Source: Bacteroidota bacterium
Lineage (GTDB): Bacteria > Pseudomonadota > Alphaproteobacteria > Rhodospirillales > Magnetospirillaceae
Assembly (NCBI GenBank): GCA_050259735.1
Contig: JBLNBE010000066.1
Location: 33,060-97,059 of the forward strand
DNA length: 64,000 nt
Direction: 5' to 3'
The notes under the pieces are model-generated. The model saw nothing but the letters and a program-made list of their open reading frames with translations. It had not been told where the DNA came from and did not search any database. Below, in pieces: positions 17,409 to 26,392 of the stretch. The position numbers were made by a program, and so were the translations under genes. How positions within the stretch are numbered: the first letter of the stretch is position 1; each line of letters begins with the position of its first letter.

Positions 17409-18743
17409 TCAGGTGCGGTCGATCAGATGAACGAACGAGGCGAAGACGGAGCCGACGTGCAAGCCGGCGGTTCCCAGCGGCTGTTCGGCGGCGTCGGCGA
17501 TGGTGAACAGGGCTTCGCCCTCCTCGGCCACCACGCTGGCATAATGGAATTCGTGACCGCGGAACACCGTGCCGGCCGGTCCCAGCGGCGTGTCGGTCAG
17601 CAGCCGCGCCTGGCGATAGCCCAGATGCAGGCGGCGGCAGGCGAAGCTGGTTTCCAGCGGCAGCAACCCGGCCATGGTGTGGCGGAAGCCCTCGGCATCG
17701 GTCAGCCCCTGGCCCAGCACCATGTAGCCGCCGCATTCGCCGAACACCGGCCGGCCGGCGGCGGCGGCCTCGCGCAGGCCGGCAAGGAAGCGGGCATTGC
17801 CGGCCAGCCGGCCGGCATGCAGCTCGGGATAGCCGCCGGGCAGATAGATGGCGGCGTCGCCGTCGGGCGCCTGGTCGGCCAGCGGCGAAAAGAACGTCAG
17901 TTCGGCCCCGGCGCGGCGCCAGCCCTCCAGCAGCGCCGGATAGGCAAAGGCGAAGGCGTCGTCGCGCGCCACGGTGATGCGCCCGGCCAGCGGCGGCAAT
18001 AGCGTGGCAGCAGCGCCCACCAGCGGCGACGGCTGGGCCAGCGCCAACAGGCGGTCGACGTTCACATGCTCGGCCACCGTCGCGGCGGCCACCTCCAGGA
18101 AGGCGGCCAGATCGGGATGCTCGCACGCCTGGACTAGGCCAAGGTGCCGGCTGGGCACCGCCAGCGCCTCGAGCCGGGGCAGGAAACCCAGGACCTCCAC
18201 CTCGGGGCAGGCGCGGGCGCAGGCTTCGGCGATCATGCGTTTGTGCTTGTCACCGGAAACCCGATTGAAGACGACGCCCTTGATGCGGACATCGGCGCGA
18301 TGGCCGGCAAAGCCGCGCAGCACCGCCGCCGCCGAGCCGGTCATGCCGCGCCCGTCGATCAACAGCACCACCGGCCAGCCCGCCAGGGCCGCTACGTCGG
18401 CGGTGGCGCCACCCGGCACGCCCTCGGCCACGGCGGCGCCGTCGAATAGCCCCATGACGCCCTCGCAGACGACCAGTTCGGCGCCGGCCGACACCCGGGC
18501 CACCAGCCCGGCGACGCTGCCGGCGCGCATAGCCCAGGAATCCAGGTTGACGCAGGGCCGTCCGGTGGCGGCGGCGTGGAAGGCCGGGTCGATGTAGTCG
18601 GGGCCGACCTTGGCCGAGGCGACATCGACGCCGCGCCCGCGCAGATGGGCCAGCAGACCCAGTGTCAGCAGGGTCTTGCCGCTGCCCGAGGACGGCGCGG
18701 CGATTACAAAACCGGGCGCGGGCACCAAACCAGGCGCGGGCAT
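17409..18743 (-). CDS. cobB: Cobyrinate a,c-diamide synthase CobB/CbiA
   Basis: P-loop-like IAAPSSGSGKTLLTLGL. VGPDYIDPAFH. Glutamine amidotransferase half with GECGGYMVLG and HEFHY. Confidence 0.9.
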   Translation of the reverse strand: MPAPGLVPAPGFVIAAPSSGSGKTLLTLGLLAHLRGRGVDVASAKVGPDYIDPAFHAAATGRPCVNLDSWAMRAGSVAGLVARVSAGAELVVCEGVMGLFDGAAVAEGVPGGATADVAALAGWPVVLLIDGRGMTGSAAAVLRGFAGHRADVRIKGVVFNRVSGDKHKRMIAEACARACPEVEVLGFLPRLEALAVPSRHLGLVQACEHPDLAAFLEVAAATVAEHVNVDRLLALAQPSPLVGAAATLLPPLAGRITVARDDAFAFAYPALLEGWRRAGAELTFFSPLADQAPDGDAAIYLPGGYPELHAGRLAGNARFLAGLREAAAAGRPVFGECGGYMVLGQGLTDAEGFRHTMAGLLPLETSFACRRLHLGYRQARLLTDTPLGPAGTVFRGHEFHYASVVAEEGEALFTIADAAEQPLGTAGLHVGSVFASFVHLIDRT

Positions 18744-18744
18744 G

Positions 18745-19371
18745 CTATTCCAGGCGCTTCTTCAGCGCGGCGGCCAGATCTTCGGCGGTGGTGCCGTGCG
18801 GGAAATGGGCGACGAAGGCGCCATCCGGCCCGACCAGATACAGGATCGACGAATGGTCGACCGTATAGGTCTCGTCGTCGTTCTGGCCGTTCGGCGCCTT
18901 GGCGCGCGCGGCATAGACCTTGTACGCCTTCATGGCGGCGGCGACCTGCTGGGGGTTGCCGGTTAGGCCGACCATCTTGGGATGGAAGGCGGCGACGTAG
19001 TCCTTCATCACCGCCGGGGTGTCGCGGGCGGGGTCGACCGAGATCAGGATCGGCACCACCTTGTCGACCTGGGCCGGCTCCAGCCGGTCAAGCGCGCCGG
19101 CCACGGTGGTCAGCGAGGTCGGGCAGACGTCGGGGCAGAAGGTGTAGCCGAAATAGATCAGCATCCACTTGCCGCGGAAATCCTGGTCGGTGACGGTGCG
19201 GTTGTCGCCGTCCACCAGGGTGAAGGGACCGCCGATCGAGGCCTGGGCGCTGTGTTCGCCACCCGACCACACTGCCAGGCGCGAGCCGACGGCCAGGGCG
19301 GCGACGGCCACCACCGCCAGGATGGCGAACAGCGAGGTGCGGCTTTTCTTCACGGGTTTTCGTCCTTTCAC
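18745..19371 (-). CDS. SCO1/SenC-family thioredoxin-fold (copper-chaperone type) protein
   Basis: Membrane anchor, then the CxxxC metal motif FGYTFCPDVCP and DHSSILYLVGPDG. Start is ambiguous: GTG 19371 (1 nt after the upstream stop), GTG 19344 (after AAGGA), or ATG 19416 overlapping the upstream gene. Confidence 0.8.
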   Translation of the reverse strand: MKGRKPVKKSRTSLFAILAVVAVAALAVGSRLAVWSGGEHSAQASIGGPFTLVDGDNRTVTDQDFRGKWMLIYFGYTFCPDVCPTSLTTVAGALDRLEPAQVDKVVPILISVDPARDTPAVMKDYVAAFHPKMVGLTGNPQQVAAAMKAYKVYAARAKAPNGQNDDETYTVDHSSILYLVGPDGAFVAHFPHGTTAEDLAAALKKRLE

Positions 19372-19372
19372 G

Positions 19373-20131
19373 TCAGGCCGCCAGTTGCCAGGCCATGAAG
19401 CCCAGCACGCCGGCATTGGCGGTCAGCAGTAGAGGCGACCACCGCAACATGGGGGTGCGCCAGCGGGCAACGGCGAAATGGCCGATGGCGCCGACCGCCA
19501 CCAGGGTGGGAACGGTACCGGCGGCAAAGGCTGCCATGCCCATGGCGCCGGCCAGGGCGTCGCCGGTGGCGGCGGCGGCGGCCAGCGCGGCATAAAGCAG
19601 GCCGCAGGGAATGAAGCCCAGCAGCACGCCCAGCGCCCAGCCGCGGAATCCGGTCGGGGTGGCGAACAGCGGCCGCGCCAGGGCGCCGACATGGCGGCTC
19701 CACCAGCTTTCGCCGCTGGCGGCGGCGCCCAGCAGCGCCTTGATGCGGGGGATCGCCATGCCCAGCAGGAACAGGGCCGCCAACGCCAGCAAGCCGGCGG
19801 CAAGGAATCGGAAGCCGCCCCAGCCGGCCAGGGCGCCGGTCGCCGCCGCGCCGACGGCGCCCAGCGCGGCATAGGTGGTGGCGCGGCCCAGGTGATAGGG
19901 CAACAGCGCCGCCCCGGTCAGCCGGCGCCATTCGCTCATGCGCTCCAGCGGCACCTGCTCCATGCGCGCCGCCACCTGGCTGAGCACGAACGGGCCGCAC
20001 ATGCCGGCGCAATGGGTGACCGAGCCGATCAGGCCGGTGACGAACAGGCTGGACAACAGGCCGCCGTTATCGGCCACGGTGACGCGGCAGACGGCAAGAC
20101 CGGCGGAAAGCGAGGCGAGCAACGAGTCCAT
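19373..20131 (-). CDS. DsbD_2 / TauE-SafE-like multi-TM membrane protein
   Basis: About 7 TM segments. N-terminal GSVTHCAGMCGPF motif and a later FIPCGLLY motif, typical of the DsbD_2-type (COG2836-like) family. Confidence 0.7.
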   Translation of the reverse strand: MDSLLASLSAGLAVCRVTVADNGGLLSSLFVTGLIGSVTHCAGMCGPFVLSQVAARMEQVPLERMSEWRRLTGAALLPYHLGRATTYAALGAVGAAATGALAGWGGFRFLAAGLLALAALFLLGMAIPRIKALLGAAASGESWWSRHVGALARPLFATPTGFRGWALGVLLGFIPCGLLYAALAAAAATGDALAGAMGMAAFAAGTVPTLVAVGAIGHFAVARWRTPMLRWSPLLLTANAGVLGFMAWQLAA

Positions 20132-20152
20132 GGCGCGTCAGAATATCCGGTT

Positions 20153-20944
20153 TCAGCCTGGGGTCCACCACGACAATTGTCGGCGCAGCGCCACCACGCC
20201 GCCGACCACCAGCATGGCGGGTGGTTCCATCGGCTGGGCCGCCAGGTCGGCGACGATGGTGGCCAGCGTGCTTTCCAGCACCTGCTGGCGCGGCGTCGCC
20301 GCCTTCGAGACGATGGCGACCGGCTCGTCCGGCCGGCGGCCGGCGGCCAGCAGGCGGTCGACCACCTTGTCGAGCTGGCGCAGCGCCATATAGAACACCA
20401 GCACCTGGGCGCCGCGCGCCAGCCCGTCCCAGTCGAAGCCGGCCGGCACCTCGCCGTCCTGGCCGTGGCCGGTGACGAAGGCGATCGAGGAATTGCAGTC
20501 GCGCGCCGTGGTGGGAATGCCGGCATAGGCCAGGCCGCCCACGCCGGCGGTCACACCGGGCACCACGCGGAACGGAATGCCGGCATCGGCCAGCGCCAGC
20601 GCTTCCTCGGCGCCGCGTCCGAAGACGAAGGGATCGCCGCCCTTCAGCCGCAGCACCTTCTTGCCGGCGCGGGCCAGCTCCAGCAGGCGGGTATTGATGT
20701 CGGTCTGGCGCGGGCTGGTCTGGCCGCCGCGCTTGCCCATGCTTTCGACCACCGCGCCCGGCCGCGCCAAGGCGACGATGCGGGCGTCGACCAGGGCGTC
20801 GTGCACGACGTGGTCGGCGGTCTTCAGCGCATGCAGCGCCAACAGGGTCAGCAATCCGGGATCGCCGGGACCGGCCCCCACCAGCCAGACGCTGCCGGGG
20901 ACGAATTCTGGGAAGCTCGTTTCCATATCAGCCATATAGCCCAT
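20153..20944 (-). CDS. cobA: Uroporphyrinogen-III C-methyltransferase (SUMT) CobA
   Basis: From ATG 20944, preceded by GGGAGGGG. VWLVGAGPGDPGLLTLLA, RLKGGDPFVFGRGAEE, VPGVTAG. Confidence 0.9.
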   Translation of the reverse strand: MGYMADMETSFPEFVPGSVWLVGAGPGDPGLLTLLALHALKTADHVVHDALVDARIVALARPGAVVESMGKRGGQTSPRQTDINTRLLELARAGKKVLRLKGGDPFVFGRGAEEALALADAGIPFRVVPGVTAGVGGLAYAGIPTTARDCNSSIAFVTGHGQDGEVPAGFDWDGLARGAQVLVFYMALRQLDKVVDRLLAAGRRPDEPVAIVSKAATPRQQVLESTLATIVADLAAQPMEPPAMLVVGGVVALRRQLSWWTPG

Positions 20945-21009
20945 TTCTGCCCCTCCCGCGAGCGCGAGAGGAAGACGGGGGCAGCGTCCGCCGGACAGCG
21001 GTGGTGGAT

Positions 21010-21549
21010 TTAGGACGCGGTCTTGCCCAGCGGTTCCAGATGGGGGTGGGCTTGGCCGCCCAGCGGATCGAGTCCGGCCATTTTCTGGCTGGCGGCGATG
21101 GCTTCGCGCTTGCGGCGGCTGGCCTCGACCTTCTGCGCCTGCATCTGCAGCACATAGGGTTTCATGCGCAGGTCCGACTGGATGATGTGGTCGACCAGCC
21201 ATTCCTTGAGGAAGTTGGCAAGGCCGCGGACCATGCCGTCGCGCTCCGGTCCGTCGGGCGTCTTGGTGTAGACGGCGACGATGTCGGACAGTTTCCTCAA
21301 CACGTCGCGATGCGACCGGCGATGGCTTTCGTGATAGGGGTAGCGAATGGCGAGCTGCAATTCCTCTTCCCGGGCGAAATGTTCGCCGGTGTACTCGACC
21401 AGACCCAACAGGACGCGCGCCACCTTGCGGTGGTCGATCTTGCCGCTAATGGCGATTTCAAAGGCATTGATGAGATCGACGAGGTGTTTGTGGTCGGAAT
21501 CGACCATCGGCTCACCGACACACATGGCCTCGCGCCACGCAATGGACAT
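21010..21549 (-). CDS. Bacteriohemerythrin-like protein with C-terminal extension
   Basis: From ATG 21549. MSIAWREAMCVGEPMVDSDHKHLVDLIN, EHFAREEE, YHESHRRSHRD and WLVDHIIQSD supply the His/Glu/Asp di-iron ligand pattern. Confidence 0.8.
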   Translation of the reverse strand: MSIAWREAMCVGEPMVDSDHKHLVDLINAFEIAISGKIDHRKVARVLLGLVEYTGEHFAREEELQLAIRYPYHESHRRSHRDVLRKLSDIVAVYTKTPDGPERDGMVRGLANFLKEWLVDHIIQSDLRMKPYVLQMQAQKVEASRRKREAIAASQKMAGLDPLGGQAHPHLEPLGKTAS

Positions 21550-21671
21550 GCTGTCCCCCCAGTGGAAACTGACCACATGATAAGGACTTTACCCGATAAT
21601 GATTGCAATTTCCATATGGCCGTCGGTGCTTGGCACCCGCGTTGCGCGCAGGGCTTAGGGGGAGCAGGGGC

Positions 21672-22163
21672 ATGATGGCGGGATCGCATATGGTCATGGG
21701 GGCCGCGCTGTGGGCGGTCACCGCCAAGCTGGGCGGCGGCAATCCGGCCGAGCCGCAGGCGCTGGCGGCGGCGGTGCTGGGGTCGTTGCTGCCCGATATC
21801 GACCATCCGCAATCCTGGGCCGGGCGCAAGCTGCGGGTGGTGTCGGTGCCGCTGGCGCTGGTGGTCGGCCATCGCGGCATCACCCATTCGGCGCTGGCGG
21901 TGGCGGCCGGGCTGGCGGTGCTGGTGATGATGGGCACCGGCTGGCTGGCGGCCCCGGTGGTGATCGGCTATCTGTCGCATCTGCTGGCCGACAGCCTGAC
22001 GCCGTCGGGCGTGCCGCTGCTGTGGCCCAGCCGGCGCCGCTTCAGTCTGAACCTGTGCCAGACCGGATCGTTCGTCGAAATCGGGTTGGTGGCGGTGGTG
22101 GCGGTCCTGGGCGGATGGGCGGCAGGGGTCGATCTCAACCACCTGCCGCGTCCGAGGTTTTAA
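21672..22163 (+). CDS. YdjM-like membrane-bound metal-dependent hydrolase (DUF457)
   Basis: GSHMVMGAA, LLPDIDHPQS, HRGITHS, SHLLADSLTPSGVPLLWP. Confidence 0.7.
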   Translation: MMAGSHMVMGAALWAVTAKLGGGNPAEPQALAAAVLGSLLPDIDHPQSWAGRKLRVVSVPLALVVGHRGITHSALAVAAGLAVLVMMGTGWLAAPVVIGYLSHLLADSLTPSGVPLLWPSRRRFSLNLCQTGSFVEIGLVAVVAVLGGWAAGVDLNHLPRPRF

Positions 22164-22308
22164 GGGATGACACCACGGCCCGGCAGCGGGACGTGGTTAG
22201 GCGCGACTGCGCCGCGCGGCTCATGCCGCGAGAGGCAAGGGCCACGGAGGTGGCCCGCCCGCCGTATGAGGGGCCTCGGTGATCGGTCAGGATCACCGAG
22301 ATACGACC

Positions 22309-22899
22309 TCACGCGATCCGGCACGCCTCGTCGAAATCCAGGCGGGGATTGCGCGGATAGACCGCCGTGGCGTCGCCATAGCCGATATTGATCAGGAAGT
22401 TGGACTTCACCGGCGTGCCGGCGAAGAAGGCGGCGTCCACCTTGGCGGCGTCGAAGCCGCTCATCGGGCCGCAATCCAGGCCCAGGCCGCGCAGCGCCAG
22501 AATCAGATAGGCGCCTTGCAGGGTGGAATTACGCAACGCCGTTTCGGCGATCAGCGGCTCGTTGCCGACATACCAGGCGCGGGCGTCGACCTGGGGGAAG
22601 GTGCGCGGCAACTTTTCATAGAATTCCAGGTCGCTGGCGACGATGGCAGTCACCGGCGCCGCCATGGTCTTGTCGACGTTGCCCGGCGCCAGGGCCGGCT
22701 TCAGCAGCGCCTTGGCCTTGGGGCTGCGCACGAAAACGATGCGTGCCGGCTGGCAGTTGGCCGCCGTCGGCCCCATGCGGGCCAGGTCCCACGCCTGCCG
22801 CAGCAGCGCGTCGGGCACCGGGCGGTCGAGGAAGCGGTTATGGGTCCGGGCCTGCCGGAACACTTGATCGAGGGCGGATTCCGCCAGCGGGGTAGTCAT
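22309..22899 (-). CDS. Nitroreductase-family protein (RutE/malonic semialdehyde reductase-like)
   Basis: From ATG 22899. [61 protein letters not shown]. Confidence 0.8.
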   Translation of the reverse strand: MTTPLAESALDQVFRQARTHNRFLDRPVPDALLRQAWDLARMGPTAANCQPARIVFVRSPKAKALLKPALAPGNVDKTMAAPVTAIVASDLEFYEKLPRTFPQVDARAWYVGNEPLIAETALRNSTLQGAYLILALRGLGLDCGPMSGFDAAKVDAAFFAGTPVKSNFLINIGYGDATAVYPRNPRLDFDEACRIA

Positions 22900-22996
22900 C
22901 GCGCGTCTCCTGTCGTAAAAGAAGGGATTCAAGCCGCCAAGGTTGCGTTCGCTCTGCCCACTTTAGGTGTGACCGCGCGGAAGGGGTTAGGTCAGA

Positions 22997-24010
22997 ATGA
23001 GAAACACTGTGTTTCTGGCAGTGGCGCTCGCCGGTGTGGTGGGATTCGCCGACGGCCCGGCACGGGCGGCTGATTCGGCGGTGGTGCTGACCTACAACCG
23101 CTTTGGCGAGGATCGGTTCCCCGCCACCAACAGCCGTCTCGACCAGTTGGATGCCCAGATCGCCGAGCTGAAGGCCGGCGGCTATGCCGTGTTGCCGCTG
23201 CCCCAGGTGGTCGATGCCGTGCGCGCCGGCAAGCCGCTGCCCGACAAGGCGGTGGCGCTGACGCTGGACGATTCGTGGATTTCGGTGTGGCAGGCGGCGT
23301 GGCCCCGGCTGCGCGCCGCCGCGTTGCCGTTCACCCTGTTCGTCACCACCGACGAGATCGACCGCGGCGGCCCCGACCGCCTGAGCTGGGACCAGTTGCG
23401 CGAGCTGGCGGCCTCGGGGCTGGTCACCATCGGCACCAAGGGCGCCAGCCATCCCCATCTGCCGGCGCAACCGGCCGCCGCCATCGCCGACGATCTGGCC
23501 CGCGCCCGCGCCCGCCTGGTGGCCGAGCTGGGTGCCGCCCCCACCCTGTTCGCCTGGCCCTATGGCGAAATGAGCCGTGAAGCCGCCCAGGTGGTGCGCG
23601 ATGCCGGCTTCGTCGCCGCGTTCGGCCAGCATTCCGGCCCGGTGTGGAGCAAGTCTGACCTGTCCTTCCTGCCCCGCTTCGCCCTCAACGAAACCTATGG
23701 CGAGCCGGAGCGCTTCCGTCTGGCGGTGCGTTCGCTGCCGCTGCCGGCGGTGGACATCACCCCCGACGACCCCAAGCTGGCCGGCAACCCGCCGGCCTTC
23801 GGCTTCACCCTGGCGCCGGAATTCCCCGGGGCCGAGTTGCTGGCCTGCTACACCTCGCACGAGGGGCGCGCCATCATCGAACGGCTTGGCCCGCGCATCG
23901 AGGTGCGCATGGCCAAGCCGTTGCCGCCGGGACGCTCGCGCATCAACTGCACCGCGCCGACCCTGGAAGGGCGCTGGCGCTGGTTCGGCTGGCAGTTTTT
24001 CGTGGAATAG
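22997..24010 (+). CDS. Secreted polysaccharide-deacetylase-family protein
   Basis: Signal peptide MRNTVFLAVALAGVVGFADGPARA. NodB-like blocks VALTLDDSW, LPFTLFVTT and GTKGASHPHL. Extra ~100-aa C-terminal domain. Confidence 0.75.
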   Translation: MRNTVFLAVALAGVVGFADGPARAADSAVVLTYNRFGEDRFPATNSRLDQLDAQIAELKAGGYAVLPLPQVVDAVRAGKPLPDKAVALTLDDSWISVWQAAWPRLRAAALPFTLFVTTDEIDRGGPDRLSWDQLRELAASGLVTIGTKGASHPHLPAQPAAAIADDLARARARLVAELGAAPTLFAWPYGEMSREAAQVVRDAGFVAAFGQHSGPVWSKSDLSFLPRFALNETYGEPERFRLAVRSLPLPAVDITPDDPKLAGNPPAFGFTLAPEFPGAELLACYTSHEGRAIIERLGPRIEVRMAKPLPPGRSRINCTAPTLEGRWRWFGWQFFVE

Positions 24011-24061
24011 CACTCTGCGTTCGGCGCGGTTTGGGGCAAGCATTGCCTTCCGCCGGGCGGA

Positions 24062-25549
24062 ATGATAATCCCTCGCGTCATGTTCACGCCGTCCGCGCCC
24101 GATCAGACGTCTCGCCGTGCCTGCGCTCTCGCCTTCGGGCTGATCGCCGCCGTCACCCTGGCCCGCCTCGCGCTGCTGGCGTTCGACCCGCCCAACCTGT
24201 CGTTCGACGAGGCGCAGTACTGGGCGTGGGCGCAGACCATCCAGCTCGGTTACTATTCCAAGCCGCCCATGGTGGCGTGGGCCATCGCCGCCACCACCGC
24301 CCTGTTCGGCGATTCGGAAGGCGCCGTCAAGCTTGGCTCGACCCTGGCCCAGGGCGGCACCGCCTGTCTGCTGGTGCTGCTGGGCCGCGCGCTGTTCGGC
24401 CGTGCCGCCGGCGCCTGGAGCGGCGCCGCCTGGATCACCATGCCGGCGGTGTCGCTGTCGGCGGTGATGATCACCACCGATCCCTTCCTGCTGATGTGCT
24501 GGGCCGGCGCCCTGCTGGCGCTGGTCGAAGCGCCGCGGCGCGGTCTGGGGCCGAACCGCTGGTGGGTGGCGTTCGGTATCGCCTTCGGTCTTGGCCTGCT
24601 GTCCAAGTACGCCATGGCGTTCTTCCTCGCCTGCCTGGTGCTGTGGCTGGCCTGGGACCGCGACAGCCGCCGGCTGGCCAAGGCGCCGGGCCTGTGGGCC
24701 GGCCTGGGCCTGGGCGTGCTGATCTATCTGCCCAATCTGCTGTGGAATGCCGCCAACGGCTTCGTTTCTTACGCCCACACCAAGGACAACGCCAACCTCA
24801 AGGGCGAGTTGTTCAATCCCGACAAGCTGGCGGAATTCGTCGTCGGCCAGTTCGGCGTGTTCGGCCCGATCCTGATGGTCGGGTTGGTGTTGGGCGTAGT
24901 CGCCGCCTTGCGCAAGGGCGCCGACAGCCGGCTGCGGCTGCTGGCCGCCTTCAGCCTGCCGGTGCTGGCGGTGATGACGACGGAAAGCCTGTTGTCGCGC
25001 GCCAACGCCAACTGGACGGCGCCCGCCTTCGTTGCCGGGACCGTGCTGGCGTGCTGGGCGCTGGCGCAACGCTGGCCGCGCTTGCTCAAGCTGTCGCTGG
25101 CGCTGCATTTGGTGATCATGGGCGGCATGTACGGCGTCGACGCCGCCCGCCAGGTGGTGGATTTCCGCTTCGATCCGGAAAAGCGCATCAAGGGCTGGGA
25201 CCGGGTGGGCGAGCAGGTGTCGGCCATCCTGGCCGCCCATCCCGGCGCCCGGCTGCTGGCGGACGAGCGCAAGGTGCTGGCGACGCTGATCTATTACGTC
25301 CACCCCCATCCCTTCGATGCGGTGAAGTGGAACCCGTCGGGCAAGATCCACGACCATTTCGACCAGACCACGCGGCTGGAGCCGGATAGCGGCGAGCTGA
25401 TCTACGTCACCGAACAACCCGAGCCGCCGGCCGACATGCGCGCCCGCTTCGCCGTCGCCGAGCGGATCGAGGATATCGTCGTCCCGCTGCATCACGATTA
25501 CGCCCGCCGGCTGGCAGTGTGGCGCCTGGCCGGCTTCAAGGGGTACTAG
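24062..25549 (+). CDS. GT-C fold glycosyltransferase (ArnT/PMT-like, GT39/GT83 type)
   Basis: About 11 TM segments. N-terminal loop FDEAQYWAWAQ...YYSKPPMVAW is typical of ArnT-family lipid-linked sugar transferases. Soluble C-terminal ~150 aa. Confidence 0.8.
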   Translation: MIIPRVMFTPSAPDQTSRRACALAFGLIAAVTLARLALLAFDPPNLSFDEAQYWAWAQTIQLGYYSKPPMVAWAIAATTALFGDSEGAVKLGSTLAQGGTACLLVLLGRALFGRAAGAWSGAAWITMPAVSLSAVMITTDPFLLMCWAGALLALVEAPRRGLGPNRWWVAFGIAFGLGLLSKYAMAFFLACLVLWLAWDRDSRRLAKAPGLWAGLGLGVLIYLPNLLWNAANGFVSYAHTKDNANLKGELFNPDKLAEFVVGQFGVFGPILMVGLVLGVVAALRKGADSRLRLLAAFSLPVLAVMTTESLLSRANANWTAPAFVAGTVLACWALAQRWPRLLKLSLALHLVIMGGMYGVDAARQVVDFRFDPEKRIKGWDRVGEQVSAILAAHPGARLLADERKVLATLIYYVHPHPFDAVKWNPSGKIHDHFDQTTRLEPDSGELIYVTEQPEPPADMRARFAVAERIEDIVVPLHHDYARRLAVWRLAGFKGY

Positions 25550-25552
25550 CCC

Positions 25553-26263
25553 ATGGCGCGGCTTCGCTGGTGGTGGTTGGCGGTGGCGCTGATGGTGCCG
25601 TTGACCGTGTTTCCCCAGATCGACCTGACGGTGTCGTCGTGGTTCTTCGACCCCGGCTACGGCAATAACGGCGGCTTCCCCGCCCGTATCGCCGCTTTTC
25701 CCGAATGGGTGCGCCGCGACATGCCGGCCTGGCTGTTCGCCGTGCCGGCCGTCATCACCGTGCTGTGGCTGGCGGGCGAGGTGCGGCGGCGACCGCTGCT
25801 CGGCATCACCCGGCGGGTGGCGCTTTACGTGCTGCTCAGCCTGGCACTGGGGCCGGGATTGGTGGTCAACGTCGTGCTGAAGGACAATTGGGGGCGGCCG
25901 CGGCCGTCGACCATCCAAGAATTCGGCGGCTCCAACGTCTATGTTCCGCCCATGCTGCCCAGCCGGCAATGCGACGAGAACTGTTCGTTCGCTTCGGGGC
26001 ATGGTGCGCTCGGCTTCTGGCCGGTGGCGCTGGCCCTGCTGGCGCGCGGGCGCTGGCGCCGGCCGGCGGTGGCCGCCGCCCTGGCCTTCGGCGCCGTGGT
26101 CGGCGGCGTGCGCATCGCCCAGGGTGGGCACTTCCTGTCCGATGTGGTGGCGTCCGCGATTATCACCATCGGTATAAGTGCGGCGCTGTACGGAAAGATT
26201 ATTGCCCCGTACCAACGGCAAGCATTGAAAAATAATCCACCGATTCCGGATGAGTCGGCGTAA
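25553..26263 (+). CDS. PAP2-family lipid phosphatase (LpxE/LpxF-like)
   Basis: Acid-phosphatase motifs KDNWGRPRP, SFASGHG and RIAQGGHFLSD in a multi-TM protein. Starts 3 nt after the transferase stop. Confidence 0.8.
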   Translation: MARLRWWWLAVALMVPLTVFPQIDLTVSSWFFDPGYGNNGGFPARIAAFPEWVRRDMPAWLFAVPAVITVLWLAGEVRRRPLLGITRRVALYVLLSLALGPGLVVNVVLKDNWGRPRPSTIQEFGGSNVYVPPMLPSRQCDENCSFASGHGALGFWPVALALLARGRWRRPAVAAALAFGAVVGGVRIAQGGHFLSDVVASAIITIGISAALYGKIIAPYQRQALKNNPPIPDESA

Positions 26264-26343
26264 GGCCCTAGTCTCGGGCCGCGTTCTCAGGTAATGATAT
26301 TGGCTCAACTGACCTTGGCGGCGATACGGCAAGGAGCGGGATG

Positions 26344-26374
26344 CCACGCGCGGGTGCGCGGGGTAATTTTTTTT
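26344..26374 (+). terminator. Intrinsic-terminator-like hairpin plus T8 immediately upstream of the cold-shock gene
   Basis: CCACGCGC-GGGT-GCGCGGGG (8-bp stem with one A.G mismatch), then TAA and TTTTTTTT (26367-26374), 19 nt before ATG 26393. Confidence 0.45.
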
Positions 26375-26392
26375 CTACGACGAGAACGACAC

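Noticed and set aside
21550-21671. Searched for an alphaproteobacterial LexA box (GTTC-N7-GTTC) upstream of the ydjM-like gene
   Set aside because: No GTTC/GAAC direct repeat is present in the spacer.
22838-26347. 1169-aa minus-strand ORF
   Set aside because: It is antisense to the deacetylase, GT-C transferase and PAP2 genes, each of which has clear family motifs and membrane topology.
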